DNA from: Macrostomum lignano
Lineage: Eukaryota
Length of the DNA: 64,000 nt
NCBI GenBank assembly: GCA_002269645.1
Contig: NIVC01000487.1
Span: 376,893-440,892 of the forward strand
Direction of reading: 5' to 3'
Of the stretch, positions 14,270 through 26,198 are shown piece by piece. The position numbers were made by a program, and so were the translations under genes. A model generated the notes under the pieces. The model was given only the letters and a program-made list of their open reading frames with translations, made no database searches and had not been told where the DNA came from. Position 1 is the first letter of the stretch. Every line of letters starts with the position of its first letter.

Positions 14270-14688
14270 AACACCATAGACAATAACAGTCAACACGTAA
14301 GCCGTAGACAATCAATAGATTAGCCTTAGACAATGAAACATAGGCCATAGACAATCCACACATAAGCCATAGACAATCCACACATAGGCCATAGACAATC
14401 AACTCATTAGCCACCGACAATTAAACATATAGGCCATAGACAATCAACTCGTTAGCCATCAGCAATTAAACATATAGGCCATAGACAATCAACTCGTTAG
14501 CCATCGACAATTAAACATATAGGCCATAGACAATCAACTCGTTAGCCATCAGCAATTAAACATATAGGCCATAGACAATCAACTCGTTAGCCATCAGCAA
14601 TTAAACATATAGGCCATAGACAATCAACTCGTTAGCCATCGACAATTAAACATATAGGCCATAGACAATCAACACATTAGCCATAGAC
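14270..14688. repeat. 45-bp tandem array (catataggccatagacaatcaactcgttagccatcagcaattaaa) built of tagacaat subunits
   Basis: About 5 full units plus degenerate flanking subunits. Confidence 0.88.
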
Positions 14689-15947
14689 AGTGTCAGTAAG
14701 GGTCATAGATAATTAAAACACGGGTCATAGAATAATCAAAATAAAAGATGCCAAAATCCATGACTAATTAATTGTTTGCAGCCGCATATAACTAACACAA
14801 GAATTCTATCTTTAATCCTCTCTCCATCAAAACAAGACCCAATATTCGGACCAAAGCAATTCTAGATTGACAAACTTGAAGCAGCCGCTTGCTTCTGAAA
14901 AATACAGAATTATATAGGACTTCCATTTGCCAAAACAGCACGACAAATTCTCTGACGCCATTTTGGTTTTATAAATTATTCTTGTCCCAGTTGTTGGACC
15001 AGCGGATGCTGTTGGATTGCGAATTTAAACATCATGCTGGGTAATCCGACGCCTCTTGCTAAACTGCTGAAATTCGTCTATGGGACTGGAGAGAGAGGAG
15101 AGAGAGAGAGAGCTCTCCCACGGGTTCAAGCAGTGAACACTGTTACAGATTGACAGTAACCGAACGAAGGCCCAACCCACACCAGATCCACTGGAGTCTT
15201 ATTCTACCCCCCAAGTAACTTTTTCCTGCAAACACACATCGAGTCAAATATGCTTTTCCGGTTCGCTAGGCAGATTTGGGACCACACAGGAAAATATTCC
15301 ATATTTGGTTCGCTACACCAGATAGATCAGGGCGCAATGGCTACAGCAGAGATGCCGCAGAAATTATGACTTTCACTTCCGAGCTGCCGCCGAAAGCAAT
15401 CGCTCAAGCGGCAAGCATTCGACACTGTCCCTTCCTCCTTGTACGCGGCTTATTTGAAAAGCCTTCAATCCCAGGAAATCCGCATCCTCAGCTTGAACGG
15501 GGAGAAGAGATAAGCGATCTCCCACTCACAATAGGCAGTGTAAAATTAAGTTTGAAGAATTGCCGGTCGCTCATCCTTCTTCTGCGCTCAGGACCGCCCG
15601 CTGGGCACAAAGACCTCATCTTATCTTCCTGGCCAAGCGCGTGATTTGCTGAAGTCCAACAAAAGGAGGGCATGCTATGCTAGCAGAGATTCGCCGACCT
15701 GATAAAAAAGCAAAATGAAGAGCTTAGAAAGGAGAGGCTCGGATAAATTCCGTTGAAAATTTACAACTTTCAATTTTCTTCTGGGCATCTCTGCTTGGAA
15801 TCTGTGAAGTTTTTCTAGCGCCAATGTTGGCACAATCTGTTGCAGAGGGGAATAAACAAAATAAACACTTGATGTTGGGAATACAAAATTCTCGTTAACT
15901 ATAATTTGTCTTGTTCGTTTGAGTGGCCATTGCATAAATTCATTTGC

Positions 15948-16545
15948 ATTCACATGGCATGTTGATCTCGTACATGGCATGCAGATCTTGGACATGACAT
16001 GCTGATCTCGGACATGACATGCTGATCTAAGATATAACATTCTGATCTCGGACATGACATGCTGATCTAAGACATGAAATGCTGATCTCGGACATGGCAT
16101 GATGATCTCGGACATGACATACTGATCTCGGACATGACATGCTGATCTCGGACATGACATGCTGATTTCGGACATGACATGCTGATATCGGACATGACAT
16201 TCTGATCTCGGACATGACATGCTGATCTCGGACATGGTATGCTGATTTCGGACATGACATACTGATCTCGGACATGACATACTGATCTAAGACATGACAT
16301 GCTGATCTCGGACATGACATGCTGATCTCGGACATGACATACTGATCTAAGACATGGCATGCTGATCTCGGACATGACATGCTGATCTCGGACATGGCAT
16401 GCTGATTTCGGACATGACATACTGATCTCGGACATGACATACTGATCTAAGACATGGCATGCTGATCTCGGACATGACATGCTGATCTCGGACATGACAT
16501 GCTGATCTCGGACATGGCATGCTGATTTCGGACATGATATTCTGA
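15948..16545. repeat. 20-bp minisatellite (catgacatgctgatctcgga)
   Basis: Tandem units ending about 25 bp before the transporter ATG. Confidence 0.95.
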
Positions 16546-16571
16546 TCAATAAAGAACATGAAATTACAGCA

Positions 16572-17894
16572 ATGACTTTGTCTGCTAATAGAGAAGCTGA
16601 TGAATCTGAACGACTTCTCAATGAGCAGCGGCTGAGTTGGCGGCCTCTGCTATTCCTGCTGGGCATTGTCACTCTTGAGCGCTGCACCTACTACAACTAT
16701 ATGTCTATGGCCATCGGCGCTGGCGGCAGCGGCCAGCCGTACTGCGGAGCCCTGCTAGGCGAGAGCCCGACTGAACCGTTCGGCGCGACTTTACTGAGCC
16801 GCGTGCTGCCTCAGGGCCTGTCGTTCCTGCTCACCCTGGTTGGCGGCTACGTTGCCGACAATTTGATCGGATGCGCGAGAACTCTGGCTGCTGGCTGCTT
16901 CATGTCCACCCTGGCTGCTCTCATGCTGATCGGATTCGTGTTCTGTCCGGCCATGTGCCTGCCCGCTATGGTGACTGTTGGCAAGTTCGGCACCGCCTGC
17001 GGCTCCGGACTGATCCGGCCGTGTCTCCTGGTGCTCACCATTGAGTCTGGCAAACTGCTCGGCCTGTCGGTGCGGCGCGTCTGCCAGCTGCACTACGCGT
17101 GCGAGGCGTTGAGTCAGTTGCTAGGCAACCTGCTGGCCTTCGGATCGGACAGGCTGGCCTTCCCGCTTGGCTTCGTCACCTTGCCAACCAGCGTCATCAT
17201 GCTGCTGCTGGCCCTGCTGACTGCCGAGCGGCCCGGCTGGGACCCCAGCCAGTTCCAGCTGCCCGGCCTGCCAAGGTTTAAACGCGTCGTCGTGACAACG
17301 GCGCCCCTGATAGCCCTGTCCGCGAGCGTCCTGGCTGGCTATTTCTCGCTGAGCGTGTCGGATTTGAAAGGCGACATCCGGCGGATGGACGCGAACCAGT
17401 TCAGGTGGAGTCACAACCTGCTGCTGCTCTGCTACTCGGCTACTCTGCTTGCCGCGGTGGCCCTGCTCATGCTGGCCACGCGAGCGTCGGCTCTGGTGCG
17501 GCACCTGCCGGATGTCCGTATCGCCATTGGCGTCGCCGCCACCGCGCTGGGCCACCTGACGGCGCTGATCGTGTCCTCCAGCCAGCTGGCTGGCTCCTTC
17601 TGGTTGATCGCGGGCGGGCAGAATTTCTTGTACGCCATGGGCGAGGCGTTCGCCATCTCCACGGCTAACGAGGTGGCTTTCCGATCCGGATTCACCGTAT
17701 CCCGGGCCTTCATGGTCGGCCTGTTCATGGGCATCTGGGGCTCCGGCTATCTGTTTAACGAGTTTCTTGTGCACATTGCGACAGCCGTGATAGCGCACTG
17801 GATTGCTAGCGGCGCGATGCTTCTAACTAATGCTTATTTATTCTTCTTTGCGGTGCCGGCAATGGACTGGCTGCTGAGGGATGAGAGATCATGA
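16572..17894 (+). CDS. POT/PTR2 (SLC15 family) MFS oligopeptide transporter-like protein, intronless, 440 aa
   Basis: TM1 motif VTLERCTYY (ExxERFxYY-like), PTR2 signature GGYVADNLIGCARTL, GSGLIRPCL (GTGGIKP-like), TM10 GEAFAISTANEVAF; multiple hydrophobic helices; GC-rich codons. Confidence 0.85.
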   Translation: MTLSANREADESERLLNEQRLSWRPLLFLLGIVTLERCTYYNYMSMAIGAGGSGQPYCGALLGESPTEPFGATLLSRVLPQGLSFLLTLVGGYVADNLIGCARTLAAGCFMSTLAALMLIGFVFCPAMCLPAMVTVGKFGTACGSGLIRPCLLVLTIESGKLLGLSVRRVCQLHYACEALSQLLGNLLAFGSDRLAFPLGFVTLPTSVIMLLLALLTAERPGWDPSQFQLPGLPRFKRVVVTTAPLIALSASVLAGYFSLSVSDLKGDIRRMDANQFRWSHNLLLLCYSATLLAAVALLMLATRASALVRHLPDVRIAIGVAATALGHLTALIVSSSQLAGSFWLIAGGQNFLYAMGEAFAISTANEVAFRSGFTVSRAFMVGLFMGIWGSGYLFNEFLVHIATAVIAHWIASGAMLLTNAYLFFFAVPAMDWLLRDERS

Positions 17895-17897
17895 TTT

Positions 17898-18830
17898 AAT
17901 CGTGACAGTGTGAATTATGTGAGTGTGAATAGTGACAGTGTGAATTATGTGAATGTGAATGGTGACAGTGTGAATTATGTGAGTGTGAATAGTGACAGTG
18001 TGAATTATGTGAATGTGAATGGTGACAGTGTGAATTATGTGAGTGTGAATAGTGACAGTGTGAATTGCTAGACTGTGAATAGTGACAGTGCGAATCGCTA
18101 GACTGTGAATAGTGACAGTGTGAATTGCTAGAATGTGAATAGTGACAGTGTGAATTGCTAGAATGTGAATAGTGACAGTGTGAATTGCTAGAATGTGAAT
18201 AGTGACAGTGTGAATTGCTAGACTGTGAATAGTGACAGTGTGAATTATGTGAGTGTGAATAGTGACAGTGTGAATTATGTGAATGTGAATGGTGACAGTG
18301 TGAATTATGTGAGTGTGAATAGTGACAGTGTGAATTATGTGAATGTGAATGGTGACAGTGTGAATTATGTGAGTGTGAATAGTGACAGTGTGAATTATGT
18401 GAGTGTGAATAGTGACAGTGTGAATTATGTGAATGTGAATGGTGACAGTGTGAATTATGTGAGTGTGATAGTGACAGTGTGAATTATGTGAATGTGAATA
18501 GTGACAGTGTGAATTGCTAGACTGTTAATAGTGACAGTGTGAATTGCTAGAATGTGAATAGTGACAGTGTGACTTGCTAGACTGTGAATAGTGACAGTGT
18601 GAATTGCTAGAATGTGAATAGTGACAGTGTGAATTGCTAGAATGTGAATAGTGACAGTGTGAATTGCCAGACTGTGAATAGTGACAGTGTGAATTGCTAG
18701 AATGTGAATAGTGACAGTGTGAATTGCCAGACTGTGAATAGTGACAGTGTGAATTGCTAGACTGTGAATAGTGACAGTGTGAATTGCTAGACTGTGAATA
18801 GTGACAGTGTGAATTGCTAGAATGTAAATT
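17898..18830. repeat. 30-bp minisatellite (gtgacagtgtgaattatgtgagtgtgaata)
   Basis: Starts immediately after the transporter stop codon; two unit variants (tatgtga / gctagac). Confidence 0.95.
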
Positions 18831-19635
18831 GTGATAGTGAGAGTCATTGTGAATGCGAATAATTTCAATGTGAATCGCGAGTATGTGAACAAAGAAAGTA
18901 AAAATCATGAGAATGTAAAAAGTGAAAGAGAAAATCATGTGAATGTGAAAATCACAAGAATGTGTTACCTTAATTTTGTAAGGACGATTCAGTGGCTTAT
19001 TTTATATTATGAAATCTAGATTAGCTAAAATAACAACGTTACACTTAACGCACTACTCAGTAGAGCTTTTTCAAGTAGCCAAATTGCAATTTAAATTGCC
19101 AGTTGAAAAATCCTAGTGCTATTACAGAATTGCGTTCTGCTATTTCCTTTGAATTTATTGCCAATCCCACAGAATCCTCAATTTCAGTCAGTGGGAGCCT
19201 GGAATTGTTGAATAAAACTACCCATTTTTCGATTGCCCATGGAGACACAGAAAAAGTCAGAATTCTGCCATATTTTTATTTCTGACTGGCTGGCCCCGTC
19301 TCTGCATCCCATCTTCAGTCGATTCTTCCCAGAGATTTTTTATGCGCACGGATTGGGATTAAACAGGCACACAGCAGGGAGTGGGGGGGGGCTTGGGGAA
19401 TAGGAGACTTAGACTGGCCTGGGATGTAAATTATGCATCAGGCGCGGTACACTTTAGCGATTCCTTCTAAGCCGAAATGCCTCGCGGGCCAGATTGACGC
19501 GGCTCACCGTGATCTTGTCACACGGCTTTTCTCTGCGATTTGGGCCCTGGAGCTGAAATGTGAAATGAGGAGAGTGCAGCTGGGACCAGACTCAACTAGG
19601 GTAACTGCATGAGTTGTTCATGAGTTTTGGAGAAA

Positions 19636-20917
<1,282 letters not shown>

Positions 20918-21511
20918 GAAGTATGGCCAAACGCTCATCAAACCGATTAAATCCAGCTTAAGCTGCACTGAGGATAGCTAAAAATAGCAATCCATCTATC
21001 TGGAGTTCTGGTGCTTGATGCAGCTCTAGTCGGCCCCACTGTCCGAATTGAAGTGTCCGTCACGGATTACCGCAATCAATTGCTGCTGCTGAGCAGATGG
21101 GGATGCAGGGGAGTCGGGAGTCGGGGGATACAAAAATTAGATTTATCACTTAGTCAATCTGAATGGGATTAACCTTCCCTATTTGCTTGCAATCCCCGCC
21201 CGTGATTGGCCTGTGCTCAAGGACCGTTTCTTCTATCAATTCTGTGCTCTGTGCTCACAAAGTCTCTTCCTAACTGCAGTTAACGATGGTTTTACAACTG
21301 CAGTGCGGCTTGAGGCCTTCTGGTTGTTAATTAATAATTAGAGCTAATTAGGCAAGCTGAGATGCCTTAATTAATAATAGTGATTACCTAGGGAGCTGAG
21401 GGCCAGCCCGACAGTCAATTTGCTCAAGAGCTTTTGTGCTCATAAACTGGGAAAAAATAAACTGTCCGCACTGACTGCGGTTGAATGCTAAAATTCAGCA
21501 CTATTACATTG

Positions 21512-22250
21512 CATGCATTTGAGCAGTCATCACTATGAGCAATGCATTTGAGCAGTCATCACTATGAGCAATTCACTTGAGCAGTCATCACTATGAGCAA
21601 TTCACTTGAGCAGTCAACACTATGAGCAATTCACTTGAGCAGTCATCACTATGAGCAATGCATTTGAGCAGTCATCAATATGAGCAATGCATTTGAGCAG
21701 TCATCACTATGAGCAATTCAATTGAGCAGTCATCACTATGAGCTATGTATGAACTTAAGAAGTCATCACTTTGAGCTATGTATGCATTTGAACAGTCATC
21801 ACTATAAGCAATGCATTTGAGCAGTCATTACTATGAGCAATGCATTTGAGCAGTCATCACTATGAGTAATGCATTTGAGCAGTCATCACTATGAGCAATG
21901 CATTTGAGCAGTCATCACTATGAGCAATGCATTTGAGCAGTCATCACTATGAGCAATGCATTTGAACAGTCATCACTATGAGCAATGCATTTGAGCAGTC
22001 ATCACTATGAGCAATTCACTTGAGCAGTCATCACTATGAGCAATGTATGAACTTGAGCAGTCATCACTATGAGCTATGTATGAGCTTGAGCAGTCATCAC
22101 TATGAGCAATGTATGAACTTGAGCAGTCATCACTTATGAGCTATGTATGCATTTCAACAGACATCATTATGAGCAGTGCATTTGAGAAGTCATCACTATG
22201 AGCAAATGTATGCTAAATGCAAATGTATGCATTTGAATAGACATCACTAT
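21512..22250. repeat. 29-bp minisatellite (gcatttgagcagtcatcactatgagcaat), left part
   Basis: Tandem units interrupted by a retroelement; the array resumes at 25767. Confidence 0.95.
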
Positions 22251-23016
22251 GACGTACCGTGACGTACCACTCATGGCGTACCGTTCGAGCGTTCATCGTG
22301 GTACGGGATATTCGCCGTTTTTTCTTCTGCACGGCCACGAGATGGCCCTACCAGTTGATATAGGAATAGCCCGGCCCCGGAAGATTGAGCCATATTGCGA
22401 GGAAGTTCAGCACCTGCGAGAGATTCTCGAGGAAGCTCACCGAGAAGTACGGGAGAAGACAGCGTCCTATCAGAGAGTGCAGAAGGATTGGTATGACAGG
22501 AGGGTGAAAGGTCGAGAGTTCGCTCCCGGGGACAAGGTGTACGTGTACAATCCGGTACTGAAACCCGGTGCGAAGGCGAAGCTCCATTCACCGTGGTCGG
22601 GACCAGCCGTCGTCTTAGATCGGCTATCAGAAACTCGCTACAGGATCCGACAGGAAGGCCGACGGAAGCCGACAAAGGTGGTGCACTTCAACAATCTCTT
22701 GCCTCGCTACCGGCCGAAACCCGTTGACGACGCTAAAGGGCCCCGTCGAGCTCCCCGGATGGAGCGGCAGCCCGACCCTGCTGCGGAAGCGGAACCAGCG
22801 GGCGAGGAGCCGGAGGAATCTGAGGACGACGGTGAATACAAGTGGCAGAGACGGATGGAAGCGCCTGAGATGGAAGCACCGGAGATGGAAGCGCCTGAGA
22901 TGGGAGCGCTGGAGGAAGAAGCACCCGAGAGAGAGGAGACCGGCGATACAAGGGCGGGCCGGCCACTCCGGACTCGAAGGGTTCCGCAGCGCTACGGGGT
23001 GCCTCTGTACTACTAG
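22249..23016 (+). CDS. pol: Gypsy Pol fragment: C-terminal integrase with GPY/F-type domain (5'-truncated)
   Basis: LMAYRSSVHRGTGYSPFFLLHG, YDRR...FAPGDKVYV, KLHSPWSGPAVVLDRLSETRYRI, VVHFNNL, and terminal RPLRTRRVPQRY are typical of Gypsy integrase tails. The ATG comes from the host-repeat junction. Confidence 0.92.
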   Translation: MTYRDVPLMAYRSSVHRGTGYSPFFLLHGHEMALPVDIGIARPRKIEPYCEEVQHLREILEEAHREVREKTASYQRVQKDWYDRRVKGREFAPGDKVYVYNPVLKPGAKAKLHSPWSGPAVVLDRLSETRYRIRQEGRRKPTKVVHFNNLLPRYRPKPVDDAKGPRRAPRMERQPDPAAEAEPAGEEPEESEDDGEYKWQRRMEAPEMEAPEMEAPEMGALEEEAPEREETGDTRAGRPLRTRRVPQRYGVPLYY

Positions 23017-23026
23017 GGCGCCGGCC

Positions 23027-23451
23027 AGTTATCATCATTTTGCGTCATCAACCGCCTAGTTATCATCATTTTGCGTCATCAACCGCCTAGTTATCATCAT
23101 TTTGCGTCATCAACCGCCTAGTTATCATCATTTTGCGTCATCAACCGCCTAGTTACCGTCATTTTGCGTCATCCGCCGCCTAGTTATCATCATTTTGCGT
23201 CATCAACCGCCTAGTTACCGTCATTTTGCGTCATCCGCCGCCCAGTTATCATCATTTTGCGTCATCAACCGCCTATTTACCGTCATTTTGCGTCATCCGC
23301 CGCCCAGTTATCATCATTTTGCGTCATCAACCGCCTAGTTACCGTCATTTTGCGTCATCCGCCGCCCAGTTATCATCATTTTGCGTCATCAACCGCCTAG
23401 TTACCGTCATTTTGCGTCATCAACCGCCTAGTTACCGTCATTTTGCGTCAG
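23027..23451. repeat. 31-bp internal tandem array of the retroelement (gttatcatcattttgcgtcatcaaccgccta)
   Basis: 14 units, each with ttttgcgtca, starting about 10 bp after the pol stop. Confidence 0.95.
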
Positions 23452-23479
23452 TAACTGCCCAGTGAGAACTTTTCCCCAG

Positions 23480-24467
23480 GCAAGACCACCCGACCCACCC
23501 CGGACCAGAGCGAATCGGCGACTCCTCGAGGTCACAACGCGAATCATCCCAGTCTAAGCCGAACCCGGCCCATTGCAGGCTTTGCTTCCCGGGTCTAGAC
23601 CTTTACGCTGAGTTCGGTGTCGCACCGTCAGCATCTGAAGAGGAGCTGCGGAGAGCGTCTACGACGGCATCCAGATAAGTGCGGGCAGCAGGGAACTGAG
23701 AGCTTCCAGAAGCTCCAGCATGCCAGTGCAATCTTGCTGTGCCCGTTTCGGCGAGCGTTGTACGACCGGTTTGGTCAGGAGGCGGTCTCTAACCCGATTG
23801 AGTGCGCCCGGTATTTTGTGCCGCCAGACGGTGTGTCGGTGCCGGAGGAGTTCTGTATCACTATTGACGACGAGTCAGCCAGTCCGAGTGAGAACGGTGA
23901 AACGGATGCGAGCGAGCGGGCCGATGGGATGGAGGAGGATCTCTCAGATTACGAGGCTAGGTACGCGTACGGCTACACCCAGTCCGAGGAAGACGAGCTC
24001 CTGAACGACTCGATGGAGGATTTCGTCGTGGTGGAAGACGACCAGGGTGGTCAAGCAATGCCAGCAGCTGTGGCCGTGGTAGCCGGTTCCGGCGAGCGGG
24101 ACAGTAGACCCTGGGTCGGGGAGACCGCTCGAGAAAGAGTGCGACTGAGAAAGCGGCTTCAGCGCAACATTCCTGCATGGAGCTTCGGCAGCCACGTTCC
24201 GGGTCCTCACGAAGAGTGTCGAGCTTATGTCGCCGCGAGCGTCGGGACCACCGGCGAGAAATTACGGCTCTGCTTGAGCAGGTTCTGAAGTTCCTCAGCC
24301 GGGATGTTGGTAAAAAGTTTCGTGGTCACTCACAGCGCAAGTGGCGGCCAGATGCTTTCATCCGGAGCTCGAGGTTCATCACCGAGGTCGCGATTCCGGA
24401 GTTCCGACTGTTTAACGGCGGGCGTCTGCTGGGGCTTCTGCGGGGATTGGCATGGATCGCGGGGTAG
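23480..24467 (+). pseudogene. Retrotransposon-borne DnaJ/J-domain protein ORF, frameshifted
   Basis: One frame reads LDLYAEFGVAPSASEEELRRA (J helices I-II, 23595-23657). The next frame reads LRRHPDKCGQQGTESFQKLQHASAILLCPFRRALYDRFGQE (HPD motif, helices III-IV), then an acidic region. A probable second shift near 24230 leads into RRERRDHRREITALLEQVLKFL...AWIAG stop. Confidence 0.85.
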
Positions 24468-24838
24468 GGGGGTCGGTGCGGACGGGCTGGGAAGCGGTGT
24501 CTTCTGTTCTCTTTTCATCTTCATCTTATCATAGTCGTCCCCTTCGAACGCGAATGCGTGTCCCAGAAGCTCACCGGGGTAGTCCCCAAGATTCATTGAG
24601 ACGAGGGCTGACAGAGGAGTGGGAGTGCGTGTCCAACGCCTGCGGCCCCGCTTCCCGACGCCAGTAGCCCACTCTCCCGCGCCATTTGCCATTTGCGTCA
24701 TTATGTCATTCTCCCCTGCCAGTTGCGTCATGATCACAGCGCGGCACGTACAGTACGATTTTTTGCTGCTGCTGGAGTCATCCCGTTGTTTTTTCGTTTT
24801 TGTGTTTTTTCCCTTTTTGTTTTTTTTGCGGGGGAGGG

Positions 24839-25766
24839 TGTTGTGGCCTGCGCCACAATGACCTTCTCCTCAACTTTTTTTTGGTGCATGCGAACCGCCC
24901 GGTCTGCCGCCCTAGCCGGTTCTATCTGGTTTGAGCTGGTTCAGCCCGGTTTTGGTTTTGGGCAGCCGGCGTGTGCGCGGATTGGCTGGCTGGGCCGGCA
25001 GACCCTCTCTTTTCTACCCCCCCCCCCTCGTGGAGCCTTACCCAGCGCGTGTTTTGATTGGCTGGGCTGGGGTTGGGTGCTCGCGGGGTTCTGTTTTGTG
25101 TACTTGCGCTCAGGCCGGTTTGGCCCACTCCCCCATTTTTGGCATACTATTTATTAGCTGGCTTGGAGCCGGCCGGTGGCACGCCGCTTGGTTTTCGGTT
25201 AGGGCTACACCAGCTACTGAGTAGTGAAACTACTGTAAAAGTACAAAAACTGCACGAGCCCAGTGAACTCTCGAACAGCGCACCACCAGCGAATCCGTGC
25301 CACCCGCCGTCTCCGAGCTACCAGAACAGCTATTAAAATGGCTAAATAAACTGCGCCACGCCGTATGAGTCGGTTTGACCCCGCCCGGTGAGCTTAAATT
25401 ACGTTTGTTCGGGTCGCGTTCGCGTTTTTGGACTCTCTGCACGTGTCTTCCCTCCATCCTCGCCGCCTCATCGCTTCACCTACTCACCCCCTTGCTCACC
25501 TCCACTCTTCGATTGGCTTGGAGTGTCTGTACGCCCCAGCTAATCCATCACCTCGTATCTCTTGATTGGTCCGGAGTGTCTGTACGTAGTGTCGGGTCGC
25601 ATCTCTCCCTCTTCCCCTCGGAGTGGCCATCCGCCTCGAGGAGCGCCAGTCGTTCGTCCTCTGTCCATCCCTCCGCCGCGCGCCCGGGGCAGTCCCGCAC
25701 CGAACCCGCTACCCCGGGGAAACAAAACGACCGGGCTAGACGAGATCGCAGCCCGCGAGTACAACA
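24839..25766 (+). mobile_element. 3' LTR (928 bp)
   Basis: Starts TGTTGT directly after the PPT and ends ACAACA (6-bp inverted termini). ATTGG (CCAAT) boxes at 24981, 25057, 25512 and 25565; AATAAA at 25345. Confidence 0.85.
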
Positions 25767-25848
25767 TATGTATGCATTTAAACAGACATCACTATGAGCT
25801 ATGCATGCATTTGAACAGTCATCACTATGAGCAATGTACTTGAGAAGT
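25767..25848. repeat. 29-bp minisatellite, right remnant after the LTR
   Basis: tatgcatttaaacagacatcactatgagc... matches the 21512-22250 unit. Confidence 0.88.
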
Positions 25849-26198
25849 CGTTAAAAATTGGAATTGATTTCATCGTTGAGTCTGAGCCGATTTCATCGGG
25901 GTAGGAAAGTAAGTTGGAAAAGATTCCGCGGCAGATATTGTCCCGATTGAATTCGCAACGTTGCAAAGTTCCCCCATCCAGAGCTCCGGCATTGCAATTT
26001 GGCAAACAAGAAATAGGAAAATACCCGTCATTGATCCCAGATAATCCTTCTTATCGCCCAGCTGAGCCGCCGTGCTGAAAGACTTCGTGCGGCACAAAAA
26101 GTACATTACAGGTTTGGCTTGTTGGCGCTAAGCACTGCTGCTGACTAGCTAGATAAGTCGGCCGCGTCTGTTCAACTGGAATTCTTAAAATGGTTAGG

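Larger units (their letters stand above)
22251..25766 (+). mobile_element. 5'-truncated Ty3/Gypsy LTR retrotransposon (integrase C-terminus, internal array, extra J-domain ORF, PPT, 3' LTR)
   Basis: Integrase C-terminal motifs, PPT gggggaggg (24830-24838) abutting an LTR with TGTTGT...ACAACA termini, and the host minisatellite on both sides. Confidence 0.9.

Noticed and set aside
15370-15513. Short frame containing KRQAFDTVP, resembling the non-LTR RT motif KAFD.V
   Set aside because: It is only 47 codons, lacks the preceding conserved Asp and has no other RT motifs nearby; likely chance.
23617-24288. Polyomavirus T-antigen-like or env identity for the retroelement's extra ORF
   Set aside because: There is no LxCxE motif or helicase after the J-domain, and no signal peptide, furin site or TM anchor as expected of env.
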